In this document: positions 36,785 to 45,492 of the stretch, piece by piece
How positions within the stretch are numbered: position 1 is the first letter of the stretch
Layout of the letters: the number at the start of each line of letters is the position of its first letter
NCBI GenBank assembly: GCA_964535675.1
Contig: CAZHTD010000001.1
Location: 69,700-133,699 of the forward strand
Length of the DNA: 64,000 nt
Source of the DNA: an uncultured Bifidobacteriaceae bacterium
GTDB taxonomy: Bacteria > Acidobacteriota > Vicinamibacteria > Vicinamibacterales > UBA2999
Direction of reading: 5' to 3'
Position numbers and translations under genes: made by a program
Notes under the pieces: generated by a model
What the model saw: only the letters and a program-made list of their open reading frames with translations
What the model was told of the DNA's origin: nothing
The model's database searches: none

Positions 36785-37545
36785 CCGCCCGGCACCGCCA
36801 CCCTCACCCCTGCACCGTCGAGCGCCCTCCGCACCGCGGTGATTAGCGCGAGCGCGCCCGGCGTGTCGCCGTGCACGCACAGAGTGTGGACCTTGATCGC
36901 CAGGCGCGTGCCATCGTCGGCATCGATCCCGCTGGCGCGCACCATTTCCACCGCCCGGGCCGCGACAGTTGGAACGTCCTCGATCACCGCCCCGCGCGTC
37001 CCGCGCGGCACGAGCGAGCCATTAGGGCGATACGCACGGTCCGCAAAGGCCTCACACGCAACCTGCACTCCTGCGTCGGCGGCCGCCCGCGCCATCGCGG
37101 AGCCTGGAGGTGCGAACAGCAGCAGGCCCCGATCAACCGATGTGACGCCCCTGACCACCGCCTTCGCCAGGCCCCGATCGCGGGCCGCCATGTTGTATAG
37201 GGCGCCGTGTACCTTGACGTGCTGGACTAGTACGCCCGCACGCGCGGCCAGTTCGGCAAAGGCGCCAGAGCGGGCGGCGACCAAGTGTTCGACCTCCTCG
37301 GCCGACACGGCCAACTCGCGCCGTCCCCGTCCTTCCGGGTCGGGCAGACCGGGGTGTGCACCGACCGCCACGCCGTGGTGCTTCGCGAGGCCCAAGAGCG
37401 CGGACATGCTGGCAGCGTCGCCCGCGTGGAGCCCGCAGGCGATGTTGGCCGAGGTGATCAGGGAAAAGAGGGTGGGGGGGCCAAGATCAGCGGGAGCCGT
37501 ACCAGCATCGCCGATGTCCGCGTTCAGGTCGACAGTCAGAGGCAC
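36781..37545 (-). CDS. pxpA: 5-oxoprolinase subunit A (LamB/YcsF family)
   Basis: DLNADIGD...SANIACGLHAGD...GAHPGLPD...HVKVHGALYN...FADRAYRPNGSLVPR...LCVHGD is colinear with E. coli PxpA/YbgL. Confidence 0.85.
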   Translation of the reverse strand: MPLTVDLNADIGDAGTAPADLGPPTLFSLITSANIACGLHAGDAASMSALLGLAKHHGVAVGAHPGLPDPEGRGRRELAVSAEEVEHLVAARSGAFAELAARAGVLVQHVKVHGALYNMAARDRGLAKAVVRGVTSVDRGLLLFAPPGSAMARAAADAGVQVACEAFADRAYRPNGSLVPRGTRGAVIEDVPTVAARAVEMVRASGIDADDGTRLAIKVHTLCVHGDTPGALALITAVRRALDGAGVRVAVPGG

Positions 37546-37558
37546 TATCGCTCCCCGC

Positions 37559-38686
37559 CTAGCCGATGCCCTCAGGGTACTCGAGGGCCAACTTCAACTC
37601 GCGCGAGAGCGAGTCCACGGTCGTGCCGCTACCCTTCCACGCACCCTCGGTCTCGAAGCGCTGGTCGCCGATCCGCCGGCCCCACGGCGCGATCACCCGG
37701 CCGATGGCCCGGAAGTCGGCGCGGTCGGCGTGCATCTGGTCGAGGTGGCGCACTACGTCTGGTGCCACACGGATGAACGCGCGCAGCGCGCTGGCCTTGC
37801 GGATGCTGTATTTCCGACCTGCCCAGGCGGCACTGAACACCACCGACACCTGCTTGAAGTAATTCACGAAAAAGCGCTTCGCGTCGGTCTGGAAGTCAGC
37901 GACCTTGCGCGGCCCGCCGAGTGCCTCGCCGGCGAACAGCTTCTTAAGCTCCTGCGCCAATGGCGCCTGCGCAACCTTGCCCCTTCCCACGCCAAGCAGC
38001 TTGATCTCGTTGTGCAGCGGCGAGTCCTTGCGGTCGTTCAGCGCGCGCACCACGTCGTGCGCGGTGGCGAGCGCATCGTCGCGGTAGAGTTGGCGACCCG
38101 ACAGGCTGACCAGATGCGACGGGTTCAGGCGGGTGTGCTTGGCGTTAATGGTGACGAACATCTGGACCACGTGGTCCTCGGGTAGCCGATCGAAGATGAC
38201 CGCCGGCACGGTGAAGTCCTCGTTCCGGATGTTGTCGATGTCGGCGTGCAGCGCGAGCAGCCGGTGCTGCCCGTCAATGGCGCGCAGGATGCCCTCGCGC
38301 TCGGGGACCTTCAGCCGGCCGAGCGACGATCCAGCCGAGATTGGCTCGAAGGACAGCGCTTGGTCGCACGAAATGATCACCGCGCCAGGAATCGACGGCA
38401 GGTCGTGAGCGGTGCGGCACTGCTCGTAGTACTGGACGAGCTCGTCGATTTTGCGCCGGATGATCTGTCGCTGGTAGGCCCGCTTGCTCGACGCGATCCG
38501 GCGCTCGAGCAGGTTCCAGTTGACCTTGGAGGGCGCCTTCGTCCAGCCGCCGCGGACGCTGCCGCCGGACTCGCTGTAGCTCAGCACCTCGAACCGCACC
38601 AGTTTATCAATGTCTCCGGCGGTCAGCGATGCCTCGTAGAACTGCACACCGGACTGCTGCATTCGAATGGCGGCCACGTTGATCAT
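37559..38686 (-). CDS. DGQHR-domain protein (DndB-like, ParB/sulfiredoxin-fold)
   Basis: ILRAIDGQHRLLAL motif plus downstream MFVTINAKHTRLNPSHL. The ATG at 38686 (MINVAAIRMQQ) is preferred to the 487-aa ORF, whose extra N-terminus is low-complexity. Confidence 0.75.
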   Translation of the reverse strand: MINVAAIRMQQSGVQFYEASLTAGDIDKLVRFEVLSYSESGGSVRGGWTKAPSKVNWNLLERRIASSKRAYQRQIIRRKIDELVQYYEQCRTAHDLPSIPGAVIISCDQALSFEPISAGSSLGRLKVPEREGILRAIDGQHRLLALHADIDNIRNEDFTVPAVIFDRLPEDHVVQMFVTINAKHTRLNPSHLVSLSGRQLYRDDALATAHDVVRALNDRKDSPLHNEIKLLGVGRGKVAQAPLAQELKKLFAGEALGGPRKVADFQTDAKRFFVNYFKQVSVVFSAAWAGRKYSIRKASALRAFIRVAPDVVRHLDQMHADRADFRAIGRVIAPWGRRIGDQRFETEGAWKGSGTTVDSLSRELKLALEYPEGIG

Positions 38687-39175
38687 AGGCGCCGGGATCT
38701 TCCCTGTTTTCCCCTGATTCTGCGACCGTTCGTGCTGGTCGACCGGCGAAGCCGCCCCGCCACGACCCCAAGGGTCGCTAGCGGACCCGCCTTCTGGAAA
38801 GCGCGAATTGTATCGGCCCGCCGGCCCTGATCTCAACCGGAAACTCTCCGGATTTGCCCCGATCCGCGCTGCGGAAGGCCCGCCGGCCATCAGCCCTCGA
38901 CCCATCATGGTGTCAGTGCATTGAGCTTTGACTCGAGTGGTGGAGGCGGCGGGCGTCGTTCTATCGACATTCGGGAAGGCTGATCTGTACGCGCCGCGCG
39001 CCCGGCCCCGCACGCTCACCATCCTCGGCGACGATAGAGAGAACGGGTAGACAACGGGTCGATGTTCTGACGGGATGAGGGGCTGGAACCAACAAATGCG
39101 AGTTTGCTAGGAATTCACCGAATCCGGAACGGTCTATGACGCAGCCGGCCCGCTGGCCAGCCGCGCCTGTTACGC

Positions 39176-40795
39176 CTACCTGACGGTGACTGCCTCGATC
39201 AGATCGAAGTTCGCACCGTCGGCCGCGCCGCCGACGATCAGCACGCGGTCGCCGTCGGTCACCAGGCGATGCGCCACGCGCGGCGTCGTTTCGGCGACCT
39301 CGACCCACCCGTTGACAGCCTCGTCGAGGCGGTACAGCAGACCGTTGGCGGCGCTTACGTAGATGGTCCCGTCGAGAACGGTCGCCGCGGGAGAGAACCC
39401 ATTGATCTCGGGCGTCGGCAGCGCCAACCCGTCGGACCACTTACCGTCGGCGAGGTCGTAGATCGAGACCGCCCGCGTGATCCTGCCCGAGGGCATCAGG
39501 CCGCCGAAGGTGTACATCTTTCCGTCATGCGCCGTGGCGATGAACGCCCGCCGGGTGAACGGCTGCGCCTCGGTGCGCCACTCAAGCACGTCGGCGTCCA
39601 GGTCCATCAGGTACAGCACCTCGGCCCAGGCAGCGTCCGAGGTCGGGCCGTTGAGATCCCAACCCCCGGCGACGATCAGCGTCTCGTCGAGCACGACCAC
39701 GTCGTGCGACGAGAGCGGGCCGGGCAGCGGCGGCAGCTCCTCCCAGACGCCGGCCTCGGGGTCGAACCGCCCCACACTGTCGAGCGATCGCAGATCCTGG
39801 GGCTCGCCAGGGGCGTTGGCCGGCTGCATGCCGCCCACACGGTAGATCAGACCGTCGTGCGCGGCGAGGTTCATGCCCTGAACGGGCGGCCCCGACGGCA
39901 ACTCCTCCCACGTGCCGTCGGCCAAGTTCAAGCGGTTGAAACGCCCCGACACAGCTTCGGTCGAGTACAGGTGCGTGCGGACGACGTGCCCGCCATAGAC
40001 GTACAGCCAGCCGTCGGCGGCCACGACCCCGAGACTGGAGCTCTCCACCGGCAGGCGCGCCGCCAGCGGTTCGGCCTTCGGCAGCGCCGACACGGCACCC
40101 TCGGCCTGCGCGTTCTGAAACACGAGGGTCGCGTAGTGCCGCTCCTCCTCGTAGCGCACGCCGTCGCGCACGCCCGGAGCCTGCTCCCAGAACCGCGCCC
40201 ACGCGCTGTAGAGCCCAGGCTGGGTGAACGTCGGGGTCAGGCCATCGGCGTCAGTCGTGACGATCTCTTCCTCGCCACCGGGCGGGATGACGGCCACCTC
40301 GGCATCGGCGAGCGGTTCGCCCCGGGCAAGGAGCATCAGTTGCACACTCCTTGGCCGGCCTACCGGAACAATCTCCACCGGCACGGCGTCGCGCAACCGA
40401 GTATTAGCGTCGAAGGGGTCGTTGGCAAGAATGGTCTTCGGGTAGTAGCGGAGGACGTTCGGTGGCGCCTCCTCTTCGGAGCCGCCCGTGGTGGTCATCA
40501 CGCCAAGGTCGAGTACCCCGTGGACCACCGGACCGGTCGCCTCCTCGAAAGACACTAGGTAAGAGTAGGCGGAGCGACCCAGCACCAGCGGCACATCCTC
40601 GCCTTGGGCGGTGCGCATGAACAGCTTCACGCCATCGATGATGGCGACGTCCACTTCGGGATCGGGCGCCGGCGTCTCGGCCAGCACGACCTGCGCCCCG
40701 ATGTTGCCCTTGACCGGGACGATGAAGACGAAGTGGGCCGCAGCCGGCGCGGCGGTCAGCAGCAGGAGCGAGAGCGAGCACGACAAGCGCTTCAT
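39176..40795 (-). CDS. secreted DUF4198-like N-terminal domain fused to a Kelch-repeat beta-propeller
   Basis: Signal peptide ending AAPAAA followed by HFVFIVP (DUF4198-style mature N-terminal His). C-terminal half has about six Kelch-like blades (YVYGGH, IYRVGGM, LIVAGGWD, MYTFGGL, IYVSAANG, VLIVGGA). Confidence 0.6.
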   Translation of the reverse strand: MKRLSCSLSLLLLTAAPAAAHFVFIVPVKGNIGAQVVLAETPAPDPEVDVAIIDGVKLFMRTAQGEDVPLVLGRSAYSYLVSFEEATGPVVHGVLDLGVMTTTGGSEEEAPPNVLRYYPKTILANDPFDANTRLRDAVPVEIVPVGRPRSVQLMLLARGEPLADAEVAVIPPGGEEEIVTTDADGLTPTFTQPGLYSAWARFWEQAPGVRDGVRYEEERHYATLVFQNAQAEGAVSALPKAEPLAARLPVESSSLGVVAADGWLYVYGGHVVRTHLYSTEAVSGRFNRLNLADGTWEELPSGPPVQGMNLAAHDGLIYRVGGMQPANAPGEPQDLRSLDSVGRFDPEAGVWEELPPLPGPLSSHDVVVLDETLIVAGGWDLNGPTSDAAWAEVLYLMDLDADVLEWRTEAQPFTRRAFIATAHDGKMYTFGGLMPSGRITRAVSIYDLADGKWSDGLALPTPEINGFSPAATVLDGTIYVSAANGLLYRLDEAVNGWVEVAETTPRVAHRLVTDGDRVLIVGGAADGANFDLIEAVTVR

Positions 40796-40819
40796 GACGG
40801 TTCTCCTCGGCGGTAAGGT

Positions 40820-43075
40820 CTACCAGCCGTAGGACAGCGACACGATGCCGCTGATCCCCGGGCTCGTGTACCGGTCGATCGCGGGATCGTCCGCTTGGCG
40901 GCCTCGTACGTTCCACCACTCGTGGTAGGTGGTGTTGGTCAGGTTCAGCACGCCGGCACGCAGCGTGATGTCGTCCGCGATATCGAACCAGCCGGTGACG
41001 TCCAGGACTCCGTAGCCGTCAGGCGCAAAGCCGCCCTCAACCACATCCTCAGCGGCCTTTGCCCCCGCGAACCGCACGTTCACCTCGGTGCCGAACGGTG
41101 CCGCGACGGGAGCGTACAGCACGCCGATGGCGCCCTGGTTGGGCGCGATCGACTCGAGCGGCACGTCGGTGTCGCCCGATGTCTCCTGCCCGTCGATAGC
41201 GGCGAAGCTCGCATTGATCACGACCTCGTCGCCAATGAACGCCTGCGCGCGGAACTCGACGCCGGTAATCGAGACCTCGGAGAGATTCTGGTTCTGGAAC
41301 TCAAGCAGCAATGTCCGCGGATTGAATCCCGCGTCCGTGAGCTCGATGAAGTTGTCAAAGCGGTTGGCGAAACCCGTCACGCCGAACGAGCCGCGCGGGA
41401 GTGTGGCCCGGAGGCCCACCTCGACGTTGTCGCTGGTCTCGGCCTCCAGCTCAGTGTTCGGCAGCGTCGTGTAGCCGCCGAGCAGGTTGGTGAACCCGGT
41501 GTTCACGGCGCTGTAGGGCGGGGACCGGAAGCCGCCAGCATACTGCGCGTGCACCGTCAGCGCGTCGGTCACGGCCGCCGAGGCCCCGATACGAGACGAC
41601 ACTACGCTGGCCTCGAAGTCTGACGCCGCCGGGTTCTGGTTGTCGATGTAGACGTGGTCGGTTTCGTCCGCGTCGAGCGAGAAGTTGTCGTAGCGGAGCC
41701 CCGGCACCACCGTCACCGGCCCGAGTTGCAGCTCGGCCTGGACGTAGGCGCCGGTTTCGGAGACTTCGCTCCTCGGGAAGTACTTCGAGGGGAACAAGAG
41801 CCTCGTCGGGATCGACGCACCGGTGGCGACGTTGATGTCGGTGCGGTCGCGCACCATATCGAAGGTGTCGCGCTTGTAGCTGCCGCCGAAGCTGAGCATC
41901 GCGCTCATATCGCCGCTGCCAATCAGCCGCTGGCCACGCACCGTGCCACCGATCGTCCCCTGCTCGTAGTCGAGGGTGCCGCGCCGGGTGCCCACCACGG
42001 GCGGGCCGAAGGCGACGGTGACACGCCGCTCGGTGACCAGCTGCGACGTGTCGTTGTTCGACATGTACAGGCTCCAGGACCACTGGCCCCAGCCGGACCG
42101 GTTGGCGAGGTCCTGGTCGACCGAGTACCGCTGGCGCCGCATGGTGTCAGTGGCGACCACGTCGGAGACGTTGGTCACTGTCGGCCCCAGCGCGATCATG
42201 CCCCACGACGAGAAGGCCTGGGTCTCGATCTCGGTGTCGGTGACCTCGACCGTGCCGCGCAGGATGTTGCCGTCGGCCACGCGGAAGGTGAGCTTGCCCA
42301 AGGCCTGCAGGCTCTGCCGATCCTGCAGGTTCGGGGCGGTGCGCGTCTGGTCGCGCGTTTCGATATCACCCTGGTTCCCGAGTTCGCTACCGCGGCCGAC
42401 GCTGGCGAAGAGCGATCCCTGCACACGGCCGTTGCCGCCAGCCAGCACGCCGTTGCCGCCGGTCTCGCGCGACCGGCCGTCGAAGAGCGCCTTGCCCGCC
42501 ACGTGGAAGGGCTGGCCGCTCAGGTAGTCGACTGGGTCCTTGGTGAACAACGACACCACACCGCCCAGCGCGTCGCTGCCATACAGCGACGAACTGGAGC
42601 TGCGCACAATCTCGGCCGAGTCGAGCGTGTCGAGATCCAGCGCGTACTGGTGGACATGGAATAGCCCGAAGTCGAACTGCTCGGACGTCTCCACGCCATC
42701 GACCTGCGTCAGGACACGGTTGCCGCCGATGCCGCGGATGTTGAACCCGTTCAGCCCGACACGCGTCACGTCACTCTCGATGTAAACACCCGGCTCGTAT
42801 CTGACGAGATCGACCAAGTTCTCGGCGAGGCGCTGCGCGATCTCGGCCGAGCCGATGACCGACACGGTGCCGGGCGTCTCGTCCACAGCCCTCGGCGACA
42901 GTGTGGCGGTCACGCTCACACTGTCCTCGAAGCGCGGCGGACCCTCCTGCTCGTCGGCCTGCTGGTCGCTGTTCTGGGCAACGGCCGATCCCGCGGTCAA
43001 TAGGGCAGCGAAGACAAGTGTCAGCCCGAGGAAGCGCCGTTCGGGCCGCCGGAGGGGCGAAGCAAAGACTCTCAT
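40820..43075 (-). CDS. TonB-dependent outer-membrane receptor
   Basis: Signal peptide, plug domain (VSVIGSAEIAQR...NIRGIGGNRVLTQVDGV), 751 aa, C-terminal aromatic residue (SLSYGW). Confidence 0.9.
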   Translation of the reverse strand: MRVFASPLRRPERRFLGLTLVFAALLTAGSAVAQNSDQQADEQEGPPRFEDSVSVTATLSPRAVDETPGTVSVIGSAEIAQRLAENLVDLVRYEPGVYIESDVTRVGLNGFNIRGIGGNRVLTQVDGVETSEQFDFGLFHVHQYALDLDTLDSAEIVRSSSSSLYGSDALGGVVSLFTKDPVDYLSGQPFHVAGKALFDGRSRETGGNGVLAGGNGRVQGSLFASVGRGSELGNQGDIETRDQTRTAPNLQDRQSLQALGKLTFRVADGNILRGTVEVTDTEIETQAFSSWGMIALGPTVTNVSDVVATDTMRRQRYSVDQDLANRSGWGQWSWSLYMSNNDTSQLVTERRVTVAFGPPVVGTRRGTLDYEQGTIGGTVRGQRLIGSGDMSAMLSFGGSYKRDTFDMVRDRTDINVATGASIPTRLLFPSKYFPRSEVSETGAYVQAELQLGPVTVVPGLRYDNFSLDADETDHVYIDNQNPAASDFEASVVSSRIGASAAVTDALTVHAQYAGGFRSPPYSAVNTGFTNLLGGYTTLPNTELEAETSDNVEVGLRATLPRGSFGVTGFANRFDNFIELTDAGFNPRTLLLEFQNQNLSEVSITGVEFRAQAFIGDEVVINASFAAIDGQETSGDTDVPLESIAPNQGAIGVLYAPVAAPFGTEVNVRFAGAKAAEDVVEGGFAPDGYGVLDVTGWFDIADDITLRAGVLNLTNTTYHEWWNVRGRQADDPAIDRYTSPGISGIVSLSYGW

Positions 43076-43231
43076 GACGCTCAGTACTCCAGCCGTGCGT
43101 CATGCCGCGCGTCCATCGCGTAGAATGGCGGCGTCGGATGCGTCACGCGCACGGCGTGTGTGGTTCACCATGGACCTGTGTTCGACATGCCCGTCGGGTG
43201 TCAGCGCACCCGGCGGGCACCTACATGATTC

Positions 43232-43246
43232 TGAGACTCAGTCTCA
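43232..43246. promoter_or_regulatory. perfect 7-1-7 palindrome upstream of the TonB-dependent receptor
   Basis: TGAGACT-C-AGTCTCA in an AT-richer patch, about 160 nt upstream of the receptor start; same geometry as Fur-family 7-1-7 operators. Confidence 0.3.
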
Positions 43247-43295
43247 TTTAATTCTGCCAAGTATCCATTGCCGCTCCGTTCGCTGTCAAGGGCGT

Positions 43296-43560
43296 TGAAA
43301 CAACGCTTCTTGATGTCGAGGAATCCCAGATCGTGCAGACTCTCGATCTACTCGCGCTTGACGGAGGGCTGGAAGGTGTAATCGAACTCCGCCAGCGTCT
43401 TGACGGGCGGTCGCCGCGACGCGCGCATCGCGGCCTGCAGGCGATGGTTTGTTGCGCAGGACGATCTGTGCGCTGAGCACCAGCTTGATCGCTTCGCCGG
43501 CCGTCGCCGCGCCGCTGTCCACCTTGGCCAGCACGCCGTCCACGGGGGCGGGCCAGCGTG
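43296..43560 (-). pseudogene. IS21-family IstB helper ATPase N-terminal remnant
   Basis: GEAIKLVLSAQIVLRN, then a frameshift, then RLQAAMRASRRPPVKTLAEFDYTFQPSVKRE-TAG-IESLHDLGFLD. This matches the IstB N-terminal region; it is truncated before the Walker A motif. Confidence 0.5.
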
Positions 43561-43563
43561 AGG

Positions 43564-43893
43564 CTACGGCCCGCCGCAGCCTGTCTCGTTCGCCCGCAAG
43601 TATTCGAGGACGAACCTGTCGAGCATCTCCGGAATGCCCTCTAGAATGAACGATCCGTCGTCGTGGCTCCCCACATTGCCCACACGACCTGTTTCCCAAG
43701 TCGGGGTAAACACCATCGTTTCATTGAGAAGCGCCGTGACCCGTTCTAGCAGGCCGTCGTCGTTCCCGTTTGTCAGTTCACCTATGAGCCGAAAAACCGT
43801 GTGACCGTCAGCCGCGTGCTTGTAGAACTGCACCACCGTGCTAAAAGCAAGGCGACCGCACCACCTGCCAGACCCCAGCAAGCAGATCGTCAA
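43564..43893 (-). CDS. hypothetical protein (possibly a fragment)
   Basis: 109-aa ORF in the lower-GC island; no family recognised. Confidence 0.3.
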   Translation of the reverse strand: MTICLLGSGRWCGRLAFSTVVQFYKHAADGHTVFRLIGELTNGNDDGLLERVTALLNETMVFTPTWETGRVGNVGSHDDGSFILEGIPEMLDRFVLEYLRANETGCGGP

Positions 43894-44249
43894 GAAGCCA
43901 CGGACCTAGATGGTCCGCTGGCTAGTTTGCTGGCTAATTCCCCTTCGATTCTTCAAGATGCAACTGGCTAACCAGCTCGAGCTGAGCGCCCGTGCCCTAG
44001 CCGCCATCATCGTGGCCGACCCATCGCCTTAGCACCCAATGGTGTTCCCGTAGCGTCCAGGCTTGTGCAGGTAAGACCATAAATGACTGATCTGGAATTG
44101 TTTATGATTCGTCGTCGTGGACGTTGAAGCTCGCACAAACGCTAACGGTCCTCGGCGGCGTACTCGCGATGCTGCGCTTGTGGGAGTGATGCGGGAGTTA
44201 GGCAGACCTTTGAACAGAGCCAGACCCGATGATGCGACAAGACAATCCG

Positions 44250-44365
44250 TAAGCAGTCCTGAGCTTGCAGTGGGGCTTAGGGATAGCGTGCCGTCGTTTG
44301 GCAGAGAAGCACCACCCAGACAAGATCCCCGGAGACAAGACTTCTGAATGGATCTTCAAGGAGAT
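44250..44365 (+). pseudogene. DnaJ J-domain remnant
   Basis: AVLSLQWG...RRLAEKHHPDKIPGDKTSEWIFKEI resembles a J-domain (YRRLAKKYHPDKNPGD..FKEI) but has an upstream stop, an internal deletion and no continuation. Confidence 0.35.
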
Positions 44366-44369
44366 TCGG

Positions 44370-44880
44370 TCAGGCGAGACTCCGCCGTGTTCCAGGCACG
44401 GCCCACGTGCCATCCTCGGTGTACATCTCCGACAGCACGACGTCGATCAGGGTGTTGAGCGCCTCGATCTCCCCGGTCACGCTGGCACTGTGCACTAGAT
44501 CGATAGCCGCACCGGGCGTCACCATCGCGTTCAGGACGTTTTCGTGCACCACGATGAAGGCACTCGGGGCGCCGAGTTGCCTGCGGAAATTGCCGCCGAC
44601 CGGCCGCAGCCACCACCTCGTTGCCGCCGACGAGATCCCCATCGGCATTCGTGTTGACGACATACCGGATTGGCAGGCCGCCCGAGACACGTGCAATACC
44701 GGCCACGGTGACGTTGCCGGCCGCGCGCCACCAGTATGAAAACGTTGTCGCGCACGGGCACGACATCGATCGGGCCGGAAGCATCTTGAGCGTGCATTCG
44801 GCCGAGCCAGATCCACAAGGCCGGCAAGCGCGACGACGGCAAGCAGGTGCGTTATACGCGGATTCTGCCTGCGTGGCCAA
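44370..44880 (-). pseudogene. MBL-fold metallo-hydrolase remnant (multiple frameshifts, degenerate HxHxDH)
   Basis: Pieces lie in three frames: signal-like THLLAVVALAGL; IDVVPVRDNVFILVARG; GNVTVAGI...PIRYVVNTNADGDLVGGNE (the THxHxDHxGGN motif mutated); IVVHENVLNAM... Confidence 0.45.
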
Positions 44881-44948
44881 TGCGATGCAACGGTCTTGCG
44901 ATAGGCCGCAGTGTTACGGCTCGCGCACATGGACCCACGCAGCGATCG

Positions 44949-45491
44949 TTATTGAAGCGGAACGGTGAAGAGGAGCACGCGCCGGCCGTTGACGTTAAGG
45001 ATCTCGTCAGGCTGCCGGTCGCCCACCGGGAACTCGTGCGACACGACGCGCGTACCGGGCTGGAGCTCGGCGTTGAGCTTGGGCCACAGCTGTTCGTTGA
45101 GCGATGGCAGCAAGTACAGCGTGACCACGGTGGCCTCGCTGATGTCGGCGGTAAACAGGTCCTGGGTGCGGAACTCCACCCGGTCGGTAACCCCCGCCTC
45201 CTGCGCGTTCAGCTCGGCCTCGCGGATGCGGATCGGGTCGATCTCGATCCCCACCGCCCGCGCGCCGAAGTCCCGTGCCGCCGCGATGGGGATGCGCCCA
45301 TCTCCCGACCCGAGGTCGTAGACCACGTCGGCGGCGGTGACGTTCACCGCCTCCAGCATCGCCTGGACGACGGAGGGCGGGGTTGGCACGAAGATCACGT
45401 CCGGGGAGCGTAAGAGAGCCTGATCCTGGGCGGCCGGCAGCGATGCAACAAGCCCTAGGGCCAGGACGGCGGCGAGCTTCAGCGTCTGCAT
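44949..45491 (-). CDS. class I SAM-dependent methyltransferase with N-terminal signal peptide
   Basis: MQTLKLAAVLALGLVASLPAAQ leader, then VVYDLGSGDGRIPIAAA (motif I) and VVTLYLLP. The ATG at 45491 sits immediately after the hemQ stop. Confidence 0.8.
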   Translation of the reverse strand: MQTLKLAAVLALGLVASLPAAQDQALLRSPDVIFVPTPPSVVQAMLEAVNVTAADVVYDLGSGDGRIPIAAARDFGARAVGIEIDPIRIREAELNAQEAGVTDRVEFRTQDLFTADISEATVVTLYLLPSLNEQLWPKLNAELQPGTRVVSHEFPVGDRQPDEILNVNGRRVLLFTVPLQ

Positions 45492-45492
45492 G

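Noticed and set aside
24071-38686. The idea that queD/queC plus the DGQHR (DndB/DpdB-like) protein form a Dpd-type 7-deazaguanine DNA-modification system.
   Set aside because: The genes are ~12 kb apart and separated by unrelated housekeeping operons. No TGT-like DpdA, helicase or other dpd genes are visible. queC/queD alone are normal queuosine genes.
38687-39022. A 112-codon N-terminal extension of the DGQHR ORF. Similar upstream extensions occur for HscB (to 10262), IscA (to 10573), the ZIP gene (to 21598), TolC (to 52447) and AlkA (to 19125).
   Set aside because: The extensions are low-complexity, overlap upstream genes, or lack similarity to the family N-termini. Internal ATG/GTG codons give canonical N-termini and sensible gene junctions.
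39121-39175. GC-rich imperfect stem (GCGGCTGGCC-AGCG-GGCCGGCTGC on the minus strand) just after the DUF4198-Kelch stop, considered as a terminator.
   Set aside because: It needs two G-U pairs and has no U-tract. Such GGCC-rich self-complementarity is common by chance at this GC content.
25783-43560. In-frame TAG codons in three genes as evidence for stop-codon recoding (readthrough, pyrrolysine or reassignment).
   Set aside because: Each affected gene also has frameshifts, deletions or truncation. Intact genes in the window use TAG as an ordinary terminator. I saw no pyl genes. Simple CAG-to-TAG decay explains the pattern.
43564-43893. The 109-aa ORF immediately upstream of the IstB fragment, considered as the C-terminal remnant of the IS21 IstA transposase.
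   Set aside because: I see no resemblance to IstA (no DDE or HTH features). Position alone is insufficient, so it is left as hypothetical.
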